In this document: positions 7,847-17,846 of the stretch, piece by piece
Position numbering within the stretch: position 1 is the first letter of the stretch
Layout of the letters: each line of letters opens with the position of its first letter
NCBI GenBank assembly: GCA_045531455.1
Contig: JAZSEA010000075.1
Location: 83,878 to 147,877, forward strand
DNA from: Eubacteriales bacterium
GTDB taxonomy: Bacteria; Bacillota; Clostridia; Oscillospirales; CAG-272
Direction: 5' to 3'
DNA length: 64,000 nucleotides
Position numbers and translations under genes: made by a program
Notes under the pieces: model-generated
The model's input: the letters and a program-made list of their open reading frames with translations, nothing else
Told to the model about the DNA's origin: nothing
The model's database searches: none

Positions 7847-10800
7847 TTATATATCGATTTCCAGCGTATCTCCGAAAGCTAAGGAATATATATATACCTT
7901 ATCGGGCTTTCTGCCAAGAATCGATTCAATTGCTTTACTGTAATAGCTAAGCTGTTGACTGTGCTTTTCGGCTAAATATCGTGTTGCGAGATCCTTATTT
8001 TTAAGCATTTCTCCGGAGAGCCTATCAGTTTTATAGTCGCATAGCACGATTTGATCGTCCGAGCTGATAAAACAAAGGTCAATAACGCCTTGCACAAGAA
8101 TTTTTTCATCTCCCAAAGATCCAATCAGCGATTCTTGGGTGGTAAATTCACTTGCGGGTAAGAATATATTGAAGCGCAATTCTCTGTACATTTTCTTTGA
8201 ATTGCGGATTTCAGTGAAAAGTCCGCTTTTTACAAACCCGACAATTTCATTGACTCTGATCAATTCTGCAATATCATTGGTGATAAATCTTTCTGCAAGC
8301 AGCCTTCCGATTTCTTCTCTCACGGATTCTTCGGTTGGAACAAGTCTTTCGTAATTACAGAACTGCATGAATAGATGAGTAGCAGTGCCTTTTTGCGTGG
8401 CATCATCACCGCCGCCCATAAAACGCGGCTTTCTTGATTCAAGACTTTCTACTTTGATTATCAGATCAGAGTAATCGCTTTCTTCATTCAATAGTTCCGG
8501 ATAGAGCTTTGAAACAGATACCTTAGCGGGAATCATAGACGATTTATCATCGGGATAATTGAATTTAAGAGAAGGGAGGAGTTCATTGTAAACCGATTCT
8601 GCTTGCGCTTCATCAGCTCTATCATCTTTGCTTGATTCAACTATGATTTGCGAATTATCAGAAATCACAGGAGTTTCGATAACGTACGACCTGTTATCAG
8701 GAGAAGCAGCGAGCGGAATCAATATACGGTCAAGCCACCGCGATGTATCCAAAACAGTATACCTGCCGCCTATTTCGGCTTTTCTCATCGCGCTTGATAT
8801 TCTTGACTCCGCGAATCCTTCTTTACCTGAGGCAACAACATATAATACGTCTCTTGCTCGTGTCAGTGCAACATAAAGAATGCGTATCTCTTCTTCTGAA
8901 GATATCTCGGTTATCTGCTTTGCAGCAATCTGTCTGTAAGGAGTATCAAGCTGAGCAAGTCCGGTTGAATCCGGTACCTTACAAGCCAATCCGATATCGT
9001 CAGAAGTCGTGAAAACTATTGATTTTCTCGAATCCTGATCGTTAAGCTGTTTATCACAGCCTACAAGAAATACGATGGGAAACTCGAGACCTTTTGATTT
9101 ATGAACAGTCATTATCCTGACAGTATTTTCTGTTACCGCATCCTCATCCGTGATCTTGGTTCCGCGAGAAATAATGCCGTTTATGTATTCAACAAATTCA
9201 TGCAACCCTTTGAAAGATGACGCTTCGAATTTTCTCGCGTAATCATAGAATTTTCGCAAATTTCGACGACGTTCAATAGGCGTTCTGTTTTTAGATTTGT
9301 CATCCGATCCAGCAAAAGATAATGCGTTAGTGTCCTTCCAAATATATCTCATAAAGAGATGTACGGGCATTGCCTCGGCTTCTCTACGATATTTATCAAG
9401 TGTTTCTATCGCAAATCTGCATTTGTTTTGAATTGATATGTCACGATCGGGCTCATTGGCATACTCGTTAAGAGCATCATACAGAGACATATTACTCTTA
9501 CCGATTCTTATATTCACGAGTTCAGTCATAGTAAAGCCGAAAAGAGGAGACCTTAATGCGCCTGCAAGAGGAATATCTCTCTGAGGATTATCCGATGCCG
9601 TCAAAAGACAAAGCATCAAAAGCACTTCTTGGTTTTCAAAAAGATCGTTTCCTGCGCTATTGGCATGCTGGATTCCTGCATCAGCAAGTGAATCCGCTAT
9701 CTTCATAGCCTCTTTGTTTGAGCGCGTCAGAATTGCGATATCTGATGGTTTGAGCGGACTACCGTCAACTCTTGATCCTTCCTTCAGCAATCTTTTTATC
9801 TCGTTAATGATGTATTCTGATTCAACGTCCGAATCTTCGTTTTCTTCATTTTTCTCAAGCAGAACGATCTTTACCTTTTCGTCACTTACGGGTGCAGATC
9901 TTGACGCGATAAGATCGTCTTCAGCAACGTATCCAATACCGTGTCCGTTGCCGTCTGTTTCTCTGAAAAGATAGGAGCATACTGCATTTGTAAACGAAAT
10001 AATATTAGGTGAACATCTGAAATTCTCAGACATAAATACAGAAAGCGGAATCGAAGGAATATCTGCGCGTCCGTCTGCGGGAAGATAATCTTTTCTATAT
10101 GCTGAAAAGACCGAGGGCTCAGCTCCGCGAAAAGAGTAAATACTTTGCTTGATGTCTCCTACGAAAAACAAATTCGAGCCGTTTGATATAGTTCTGAATA
10201 CAAGATCCTGAATTGCGTCGGTATCCTGATATTCATCTACGAAAATATGTGAATATTTCTTCTGTTCCTCGATTGCAATCAAAGTAGGTGAACCGTTATT
10301 ATCCAAAAGAAGATCAAGCGCATATTTTCTCAAGTCGGAAAATTCGCATATGTTTCTTGATGATTTTTCGTTGCTATATGCCATAAAATAATCATCAAGT
10401 ATATCTTTGGTTTTCGAGCAGAATTTTCCGCTCATTTCAGCCATTTGAGCGATATCCTCGGGTATAGCGGAGAATTCACGTTTGCGGAATTCAATGATCC
10501 GATCTTTGATTTCGGTTCTTTCCGTTTTTATCTCTTCGGTGAGCTCCGACTTATTTGCAGAAGGGATTCGATCAAGACCAACAGGAGAATAATCGAACAA
10601 ATGCGCTCTGATATCTTCGTATGTTGAGTGGTCAAGTATTTCGTAAAGATCCAACAGATAGTCCCTGTCAGCAGATACGGCTTTTCCGTAGGCAACGGCT
10701 TCATTATGCAGATCGATGAGTTTTATCAACCGATCCGTTCTACGGAGAAGATACTCGACTTCTTCCTTAAACGACTTTAAATAGCGCTTACCTAGAGAGG

Positions 10801-11419
10801 TATCAAAGAATTCCAAAGAAGAATCTTTGAAATATCTATCAGCACACGCTGCAAGATATTCCGTACCTTTGGGAATCATTATAATTTTGTTTGCAAGCTC
10901 AAGCAGAGGCTCCGCGAGTTTGCTTTCTCCCTTTGCTGTCGTAAGCTGATCTGCATAAGGTATAAATTCTTCGTCAGTTTCGTATCTGCGTTCAATTACC
11001 GCATTCATGACCTCTTCACGAAGAAGCGCAAGCTCGGTCTCATCGGCAAGTCTGAATCGAGCGGGGAGATCCAATCTTTGAAAATTAGATCTTACAAGGT
11101 CAAGATAGTAAGCATCTATAGTGCAAATAGATGCACTTCCCAATGAGGTAAGCTGATTTGCAATATGCTTATTCGTAGGATCGAGCGCAAGAGCCTTTGA
11201 CAAAGCTTTTGATATTCTTGTGCGTAATTCGCCCGCCGCAGCTCTTGTAAACGTAACAATAAGCATTGAATTGATATCAGCGGGGGTTTCTTTATCCGTC
11301 AAAAGCCTTATGATGCGCTCGGTTAAGGTTGCAGTTTTGCCCGAGCCCGCAGCAGCGGAAACAAGAATATTTCTGTTTCTGAGCTCTATTGCTAAATTTT
11401 GTGATTTTGTAAATTCCAT
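7847..11419 (-). CDS. addA: ATP-dependent helicase/nuclease AddA
   Basis: UvrD-type helicase motifs (AAAGSGKT, VDEYQDT, TVHKSKGLEF) and a C-terminal RecB-type nuclease (GVIDLCF...DYKTD). GAGGG lies 5 nt before the ATG at 11419; the ORF-track start at 11431 is 4 codons upstream. Confidence 0.93.
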   Translation of the reverse strand: MEFTKSQNLAIELRNRNILVSAAAGSGKTATLTERIIRLLTDKETPADINSMLIVTFTRAAAGELRTRISKALSKALALDPTNKHIANQLTSLGSASICTIDAYYLDLVRSNFQRLDLPARFRLADETELALLREEVMNAVIERRYETDEEFIPYADQLTTAKGESKLAEPLLELANKIIMIPKGTEYLAACADRYFKDSSLEFFDTSLGKRYLKSFKEEVEYLLRRTDRLIKLIDLHNEAVAYGKAVSADRDYLLDLYEILDHSTYEDIRAHLFDYSPVGLDRIPSANKSELTEEIKTERTEIKDRIIEFRKREFSAIPEDIAQMAEMSGKFCSKTKDILDDYFMAYSNEKSSRNICEFSDLRKYALDLLLDNNGSPTLIAIEEQKKYSHIFVDEYQDTDAIQDLVFRTISNGSNLFFVGDIKQSIYSFRGAEPSVFSAYRKDYLPADGRADIPSIPLSVFMSENFRCSPNIISFTNAVCSYLFRETDGNGHGIGYVAEDDLIASRSAPVSDEKVKIVLLEKNEENEDSDVESEYIINEIKRLLKEGSRVDGSPLKPSDIAILTRSNKEAMKIADSLADAGIQHANSAGNDLFENQEVLLMLCLLTASDNPQRDIPLAGALRSPLFGFTMTELVNIRIGKSNMSLYDALNEYANEPDRDISIQNKCRFAIETLDKYRREAEAMPVHLFMRYIWKDTNALSFAGSDDKSKNRTPIERRRNLRKFYDYARKFEASSFKGLHEFVEYINGIISRGTKITDEDAVTENTVRIMTVHKSKGLEFPIVFLVGCDKQLNDQDSRKSIVFTTSDDIGLACKVPDSTGLAQLDTPYRQIAAKQITEISSEEEIRILYVALTRARDVLYVVASGKEGFAESRISSAMRKAEIGGRYTVLDTSRWLDRILIPLAASPDNRSYVIETPVISDNSQIIVESSKDDRADEAQAESVYNELLPSLKFNYPDDKSSMIPAKVSVSKLYPELLNEESDYSDLIIKVESLESRKPRFMGGGDDATQKGTATHLFMQFCNYERLVPTEESVREEIGRLLAERFITNDIAELIRVNEIVGFVKSGLFTEIRNSKKMYRELRFNIFLPASEFTTQESLIGSLGDEKILVQGVIDLCFISSDDQIVLCDYKTDRLSGEMLKNKDLATRYLAEKHSQQLSYYSKAIESILGRKPDKVYIYSLAFGDTLEIDI

Positions 11420-11430
11420 AGTAACCCTCA

Positions 11431-14400
11431 TTATGATTTCCGAGAAGCTTTACAAATAAACGAATACTTGCAATATTTGCAATGATCGCTTCCGGACTTG
11501 GGTATAGCGTTGATATTTCCCGAAATCATTGTGTTTCCGATCTCGGTAAGTACTTCGCAAACGGTATTGTAAAGTGTATCGAGCCCTTGAGAATCAATAT
11601 ATGAATTCTTTCTGGCAGTCTTCATAAGCAGTCTGTCGTCTCCCGAGTGAGAAACGGCTTCAATTACAGAATCGTCGTTCAGAATCAATCCCGTACGTTT
11701 AATGTCTGCAATAGCGTTTCCTACTGCTTTATCTGTATCCGATAAACTGTCTGCCTTGACCTTAGCTGAAGTTGCCGAGAGATAGGTGATTGCACCCGCG
11801 ACGGGCATTCCTCCGAATAATTTCTCAATATTTTTGTTCTTTTGCTTTGTCAATGAGAAAATGTAGAGAAGAAGCTGAAGATTGAGTCCTTCGGAAATAT
11901 CGGAAACAGAGAAAGTTTTGCTTCCGGTCTTGTAGTCAACGACTCTTAGGTATACTTTCTCGCCGTCTCTGAACACGTCAACTCTGTCAATTACCCCATT
12001 CAGAGAAATCGTGCTTCCGTCCTTCAGGTTAAGTCTGATCGAAGGAATATCCTTGGAACCGATTCGGAGCTCAAAGAATTCGGGCTTGAAGCTACTATCC
12101 GAAAATTCATTCATAAGGTCGTCGATTATCAGCTTCGAAGTCTTCTTAAGTCTTGCGACAAGATGCATAAGTCTCGCGCTCTTTCTGTTCTTATCGGAAA
12201 ACAGATCATTGATATATAAATCGATAATTTCATCGATGATCTCATTGATCTTATCTTCCTCTGGATAGATTCCTTTTTCAATAACAAAGACTCTGAAGAG
12301 GAATTTCTCAAGAACGTAATGAATGAACGTGCCTATGCTGTTGTACGCAAATTCAGCACGATCTGAATCATTGAGTGATAAATAATATTTACATGAATAG
12401 GCAAATTTACAATTTGTATATTGCTCTATCTTTGATTGACTGATGCGAAGATCCAAGCCAAGAACAGAACGCAGGACCTGAGGATCGACTACATCGGCTG
12501 AAGCGTCAATTGTGATATCTTGGTAAGATAATGAAGACTCTACTTCATCATTGTTATGATCATTTATAAGCCTTATGATGGCTTCGCCCTCGGGTGTACC
12601 TTTCAATACACGTGCGTATTCACGAATTGACGGAAGCGACTTAAGCCTGGGGAGCAGCAGAGAAGAAGTGTCCTTGACAATTATACGACTAAATATGTTA
12701 CAAATTTTTGTGAATGCAATTGAAGGCTCGCTGTCGGCTCTTGTAAATATGATCAACTTTTCTGATGGAGCTGCAACTGCTCTGCGGAAGTAGTATAGTT
12801 CATCAGAGGCTTTGATGCTGCTGTCTCCTGATACTTGTACACCGAGAGATATTAGTTCGCTTCGTTCATTATCTGTCAGCAAACCTGCATTTTCGGTTCC
12901 TGCAGGAAATTCTCCGTCACAAGCGCCCAGAATAACTGCGCATTTGATATTATCGGTTCTCAACATATTTGCTGAACCAATAGTTATCTCGTCTTGTGAA
13001 GTGGGGATGGATCCGAGATCACTCTCCGAAAATGAGATCTTCAGAGCAGTTGCAAACGTGCTTATATCAGGTTTAACGTCATCGGGAAATGCATCGCATA
13101 CGCAGTCGAGCGCTTCTAGAGTGGTATCATATAGTTTTGCACAGTCCGATGCTTCTCGGAGTTTATTATCGGCAAGATACCTGGAAGCAAGCTCGATCAA
13201 ACTGCCTCTTACATCAAGAAGCTCGAGATAGTTTACGATCGCTATGCACATTTCGGAATAAGTCTGGGCGGATTTCATTTCTGAAATCAGTGATTTGAGA
13301 TTACCGATAAATACTTTCTTTACTTCGTTTGCAATGCGTAGAGTTTCTGCACCACGCTCGGACCATACAGTTGTGTATCCGTCGGGATTCATACTCCATG
13401 GATCGGCGGTTGTAATGCCTTTGCCGTTAATATTCCATTTTGCGGTATAGCTCTCGAAGATATCAGCATCGTGAGGAGATATTTTACAAAGACCCGTCTT
13501 GAGATGTGCAATAACGTCTCCGCGCTTCCAACCATAATTGATTACCTTAATTGCAGAAAGAATAAGCCTTGCAACAGGAGAAAGGCTGAGATCTGTTTTC
13601 TCGGAAATGAAATATCTCAACTCCATATTATCAAGAGCGGGTTCGATTATACCCTTGTACTTATCAGCATTTCTGGCAATTATTGCAATGTCCTTGTACC
13701 TGTAACCGGATTCGACAAGCTCTCTGATCTTTGCAGCCGCAAACTCACACTCATCATAGATATCTGCCGCACGATATAGTTCAACCGAATGATCTGATTC
13801 ATCGTATTCAAAATCTGTTTCAGAATCTATTGACCAAAGATCAGATGACAAATACGAAAGATCAGCTTTTTGTGTTCTGCGGTTTTCTGACAGATATACG
13901 TTTTCGGATTTGGTTCCAATGGCAGCAGTGTCTCTTCTTAACCTATCCGAGCATTGCTTGAGCGAAAGCGTATCAATTCCATTATAGCTCGGGCTCGGAA
14001 GACCGATAGTCACAGTAAGAACGTCCGCTTGTCCTATTATCTGCTTGATGATCTTATGTTCAAGCCCCGTAAAGCTTGTAAATCCATCGAGATAAACGCG
14101 ATAGCCTTTGAGACACTGAGTATCCTCGAGAAGAGCAGCAAGTCTTCCGAGTTCGTTGTTGCTATCGGTGTATTTGTCACTTAACATAGCCGAGTAGACG
14201 GAACAAACAGTTGAAATATCTTTAAGCTTATTTGAAAGTAAGCTCCCTCTTTTTACTTGAGAAATATTATCAAGCGACTCGAATGATATTCCTCCTGCCG
14301 TTATCTCTTTATATGTAGTAAGCATAGCATCTGATAGCGAAGAATCATCAGAAGAAGATACTCGATATTCGGAAAGGAAGGGAAGAGCTGTATGCAAGGC

Positions 14401-14682
14401 TCTCCACATCAACAATTTCTGAAGTCCGCTTGAAGCATAATTATACGCAAGTCCGCCGTGGACTCTGAAAAGCTTGTTTGCCAATCTCGAAAAGTTCAAT
14501 ACCTCGATATTCAACTGCGAGGAAGGCGGTAACAGCTTGACTACGTCACGCTCAGCCGCGACAGTCATCTGTTCGGGAACGATGAGCAAGGCATTATTGC
14601 CTTCGGCGGCATCCTTCTCGAGATAAGAGTATACTAATTGCGTTTTTCCCGTACCGGGATTTCCGTAAATGAATCTAACCAT
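11431..14682 (-). CDS. addB: ATP-dependent helicase/deoxyribonuclease AddB
   Basis: N-terminal P-loop GNPGTGKT and the nuclease motif VDYKTG. Fe-S cysteines are present (C in YTNCKFAYSC plus CKYCKYSFIC at the C-terminus). AAGGA lies 8 nt before the ATG at 14682, and the alternative start at 14706 has no SD. Confidence 0.92.
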   Translation of the reverse strand: MVRFIYGNPGTGKTQLVYSYLEKDAAEGNNALLIVPEQMTVAAERDVVKLLPPSSQLNIEVLNFSRLANKLFRVHGGLAYNYASSGLQKLLMWRALHTALPFLSEYRVSSSDDSSLSDAMLTTYKEITAGGISFESLDNISQVKRGSLLSNKLKDISTVCSVYSAMLSDKYTDSNNELGRLAALLEDTQCLKGYRVYLDGFTSFTGLEHKIIKQIIGQADVLTVTIGLPSPSYNGIDTLSLKQCSDRLRRDTAAIGTKSENVYLSENRRTQKADLSYLSSDLWSIDSETDFEYDESDHSVELYRAADIYDECEFAAAKIRELVESGYRYKDIAIIARNADKYKGIIEPALDNMELRYFISEKTDLSLSPVARLILSAIKVINYGWKRGDVIAHLKTGLCKISPHDADIFESYTAKWNINGKGITTADPWSMNPDGYTTVWSERGAETLRIANEVKKVFIGNLKSLISEMKSAQTYSEMCIAIVNYLELLDVRGSLIELASRYLADNKLREASDCAKLYDTTLEALDCVCDAFPDDVKPDISTFATALKISFSESDLGSIPTSQDEITIGSANMLRTDNIKCAVILGACDGEFPAGTENAGLLTDNERSELISLGVQVSGDSSIKASDELYYFRRAVAAPSEKLIIFTRADSEPSIAFTKICNIFSRIIVKDTSSLLLPRLKSLPSIREYARVLKGTPEGEAIIRLINDHNNDEVESSLSYQDITIDASADVVDPQVLRSVLGLDLRISQSKIEQYTNCKFAYSCKYYLSLNDSDRAEFAYNSIGTFIHYVLEKFLFRVFVIEKGIYPEEDKINEIIDEIIDLYINDLFSDKNRKSARLMHLVARLKKTSKLIIDDLMNEFSDSSFKPEFFELRIGSKDIPSIRLNLKDGSTISLNGVIDRVDVFRDGEKVYLRVVDYKTGSKTFSVSDISEGLNLQLLLYIFSLTKQKNKNIEKLFGGMPVAGAITYLSATSAKVKADSLSDTDKAVGNAIADIKRTGLILNDDSVIEAVSHSGDDRLLMKTARKNSYIDSQGLDTLYNTVCEVLTEIGNTMISGNINAIPKSGSDHCKYCKYSFICKASRKS

Positions 14683-14686
14683 ATTA

Positions 14687-15502
14687 TCAATCCTTATCAA
14701 CTTCATTCAAGATATTGATATTTCTCAAAATCGTATTAACACCGCGCCAACTGTAAGCCCTTGATTTGTAATCTGTTACATTATTTATGCTTTCTTCATC
14801 CGGACAAGTTATTACGTTGCTTTCAAACCAATTAACATCGGTATATATTTCACCGTTTTTTATGGCTTTGATTGTATGCGGACAGACCTCCTGACAAATA
14901 TCACATCCCCATACAGTTTTGTATTTACGTATTAGTTCTTTTTCTTCTTCAGAGAGCGCGCCCTTCTTTTGTGTGATAGATGACAAACAATCACAAGTAC
15001 CCGAGAGGAAGCCCGGACAGGCATTTATACACCTACCGCAATTCTCGCAATACTTCATCTCTTGAGCAACAGCATTGCAATCAAGATCGGTAATTAATTC
15101 ACATAGAAACACGTATGAGGAATACTTAGGAGTTATTAGCAGACTGTGAGTGCCGATTATTCCCAATCCAGCTTTTGCTGCAGCGTTCTTTTCATTAATA
15201 GGAGAATGATCGCAGAAAAAACGGAAATTATTATCGTGAAAGATCGATTTTGCAGATGCAACAATCGCTTCGCCAATATTTTGGATCAAGTTATGGTAGT
15301 CATAAGCCAGCGCATATGCCGAGACAGTTTTTTCATCGTTACAAAATTTGGTGTAATACGGAATGGTACAGATATACACACTTTGGGGCGTGAAGCCAAT
15401 GTTTGAAGCAAGACGCTCGTTTATGATTTCACAGTCTTCATATTTAATTATTGCAACGTCGGCAACGCCGCATTTCTTGATTTCCGGTATAAGTCTTTCC
15501 AT
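14687..15502 (-). CDS. queG: Epoxyqueuosine reductase QueG-like (short form, no C-terminal HEAT-repeat region)
   Basis: AAKAGLGIIGTHSLLITP plus two 4Fe-4S motifs (CENCGRCINACP and CDICQEVCP). At 271 aa the protein ends soon after SWRGVNTILRN. GGGAGG RBS present. Confidence 0.75.
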   Translation of the reverse strand: MERLIPEIKKCGVADVAIIKYEDCEIINERLASNIGFTPQSVYICTIPYYTKFCNDEKTVSAYALAYDYHNLIQNIGEAIVASAKSIFHDNNFRFFCDHSPINEKNAAAKAGLGIIGTHSLLITPKYSSYVFLCELITDLDCNAVAQEMKYCENCGRCINACPGFLSGTCDCLSSITQKKGALSEEEKELIRKYKTVWGCDICQEVCPHTIKAIKNGEIYTDVNWFESNVITCPDEESINNVTDYKSRAYSWRGVNTILRNINILNEVDKD

Positions 15503-15680
15503 TGAGTTCCTCCCTTTGTTTCATATTAAAGTATATCATATTTTTTATATTAATACAATAAGAAAATCAAAAATCTTTCTATCAATATTTCAATACTTCA
15601 ACTTATTTTTATTGGAACATCATAGAATCTTCACATTTCCGAGTTATAATTAGTTTGTAATAATTTAAGGAGGATTGATC

Positions 15681-17108
15681 ATGTTAGATTATGAAGATAA
15701 AAACAATAATTCTGAAATCAATGAAGTAAAAGAATCAAATGATACTTCGGAAAGTAAGATAGAGATTGCGGAATTACACGAAAATACTGAGCAGAAGATA
15801 ACGTACGGAGCAGTTTACTATCCGCAAAAGGATGGAAAGACATACACCTGCAACCAGTATTCAGCAAGCCAAGATGTTGGCGCACCCACTTCACCAGAGA
15901 ACATCGATAACGCACATAGATCTTCTGAAAAGAAAAAGAAGAGATCAAGGAGTATTATTGGTGTAATAGCTTTTTCGATAGTATTGATCGTAGTATTTTC
16001 TGCATTATCGGCGATTGCGGCAGCTTATTTAACTTATAATTTCTATCTGCCCGAAGAAATACCGGGTACATCCGAAGTTCAGAATACCAGACCTACTCCG
16101 CCCGAAAAGAACGACGTGTATATTGATAAGACTCGTCCCGATTATTCAACACATACAAAAGAGCCGGGAAATCTTATGACTATGGAGGAGGCTATCCTCG
16201 CTGTCAAGGATTCTGTTGTAGAAATCACAACCGAAAGAGTTCAAAGCGGATTTGGAGGTTATTCACAGTACGTTGTCAGCGGAGCAGGAAGCGGAGTTAT
16301 CATTTCGACAGGCGGGTATATCATAACCAATCACCACGTTATCGAAGGTGCAAGCAACATTATAGTCAGACTTACCGATGGCACCGAATATGATGCCACG
16401 CTTATTGCAACGGACAGTAAGACAGACGTTGCTGTCATCGCTATCACGCCCCTTGAAGGTGTTGAACTGACTACAGCGGTTATCGGAAGCAGCGAAAGCC
16501 TCACTCTCGGACAAACCGTTATAGCGATCGGTAATCCTCTCGGAAAGCTCGGAGGAACGGTTACCAACGGCATTATAAGCTCGCTTGCACGAGAAATCGC
16601 AACCGAGGGAAGCGGAACTATGACACTTCTACAGACAAATGCAGCAGTAAGCCCCGGTAATTCAGGCGGAGGACTATTTGACCTTTACGGCAGACTTATC
16701 GGAGTGGTGAATGCAAAATCCACCGGTGAAGGCGTAGAAGGAATCAGCTTTGCTATCCCGATCGATACGGCTTGGGACGTTGCAACTCAGCTTATTGACA
16801 AAGGTTACGTTTCGGGGCGTCCGACACTCGGAATCACAATAAAACAAATACAATATGGTGTAGCAATTTTCGGCGAAACCTATTATCAGCTTGTTGTTGC
16901 TGATAATAACGGAAATTCCGATTTTAAAGATAATGATATTATTCTCGGTATCGAAGGAATAGAGGTTGCCTCACTAACCGATCTCAACGATATCATCTAT
17001 TCCCACAAGATCGGTGACACTATTACCGTTAACGTCTATAGAAACAGAAAGCAGGTTGACATAGAGGTTACTTTGACTGAATTTATCCCTCAGTCGTCGC
17101 AATCATAA
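15681..17108 (+). CDS. htrA: HtrA/DegP-family (S1C) serine protease with N-terminal membrane anchor and C-terminal PDZ domain
   Basis: Trypsin-fold motifs TNHHV, D(V)AVI and GNSGGGLF, one TM helix (IIGVIAFSIVLIVVF...), and a PDZ-like C-terminus. AAGGAGG lies 7 nt before the ATG at 15681. Confidence 0.9.
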   Translation: MLDYEDKNNNSEINEVKESNDTSESKIEIAELHENTEQKITYGAVYYPQKDGKTYTCNQYSASQDVGAPTSPENIDNAHRSSEKKKKRSRSIIGVIAFSIVLIVVFSALSAIAAAYLTYNFYLPEEIPGTSEVQNTRPTPPEKNDVYIDKTRPDYSTHTKEPGNLMTMEEAILAVKDSVVEITTERVQSGFGGYSQYVVSGAGSGVIISTGGYIITNHHVIEGASNIIVRLTDGTEYDATLIATDSKTDVAVIAITPLEGVELTTAVIGSSESLTLGQTVIAIGNPLGKLGGTVTNGIISSLAREIATEGSGTMTLLQTNAAVSPGNSGGGLFDLYGRLIGVVNAKSTGEGVEGISFAIPIDTAWDVATQLIDKGYVSGRPTLGITIKQIQYGVAIFGETYYQLVVADNNGNSDFKDNDIILGIEGIEVASLTDLNDIIYSHKIGDTITVNVYRNRKQVDIEVTLTEFIPQSSQS

Positions 17109-17123
17109 CGGAGGAAATCGGAA

Positions 17124-17834
17124 TTGTACAAAATACTTGTTGTAGATGACGAGCTTGGAATAAGATCTATAATCAGAAAATATGCCGAATTCCAAGGACA
17201 CACAGTTTATGAGGCATCGGACGGTATGGAAGCAGTAATGCTATGCAAGGACACGGCTTTGGATATCATTATTATGGACATTATGATGCCCGAGCTTGAC
17301 GGCTTTTCAGCTGTTCGCGAGATTCGAAAAACAAGCAGCATTCCAATCATTATGCTTTCTGCGCGTGGGGAAGAGTATGACAAGATCAACGGTTTTAACC
17401 TCGGAATTGACGATTACGTTGTCAAGCCTTTCTCTCCTCGAGAGCTGATGTTGAGGATTGAAGCTGTAATGAAGCGAGTTTCTGTTCACGGCGAAATTGA
17501 TAAAAGCGACGAGCTCGAACACGATATAGTTGAAATTGACGGCGGCGGGCTTAAAATTGATATTACCGCTAGGATCGTTTATATTGATGGCAACAGGATC
17601 GAAATGTCTCCGAAGGAATACGAGCTGTTTTTCTATATGCTTTTGAACAGAAATATTGCTCTTTCAAGGGAGAAGCTGATATGCGAAGTTTGGGGATACG
17701 ATTTTTACGGCGACGCTCGTACTCTTGATACGCACATAAAACTTTTGCGCAAATCACTTGGCAGATATTCAAATCTGATCGTTACCTTACGCGGAATCGG
17801 TTACAGATTTGAAGCAAAAATCGAAAGGAAATAA
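17124..17834 (+). CDS. OmpR/PhoB-family response regulator
   Basis: Receiver domain (VVDDE ... DIIIMDIMMP ... K) plus a winged-helix trans_reg_C domain (LDTHIKLLRKSL...TLRGIGYRF). TTG start 9 nt after GGAGG. Confidence 0.92.
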   Translation: MYKILVVDDELGIRSIIRKYAEFQGHTVYEASDGMEAVMLCKDTALDIIIMDIMMPELDGFSAVREIRKTSSIPIIMLSARGEEYDKINGFNLGIDDYVVKPFSPRELMLRIEAVMKRVSVHGEIDKSDELEHDIVEIDGGGLKIDITARIVYIDGNRIEMSPKEYELFFYMLLNRNIALSREKLICEVWGYDFYGDARTLDTHIKLLRKSLGRYSNLIVTLRGIGYRFEAKIERK

Positions 17835-17846
17835 TTAAAATTCGAT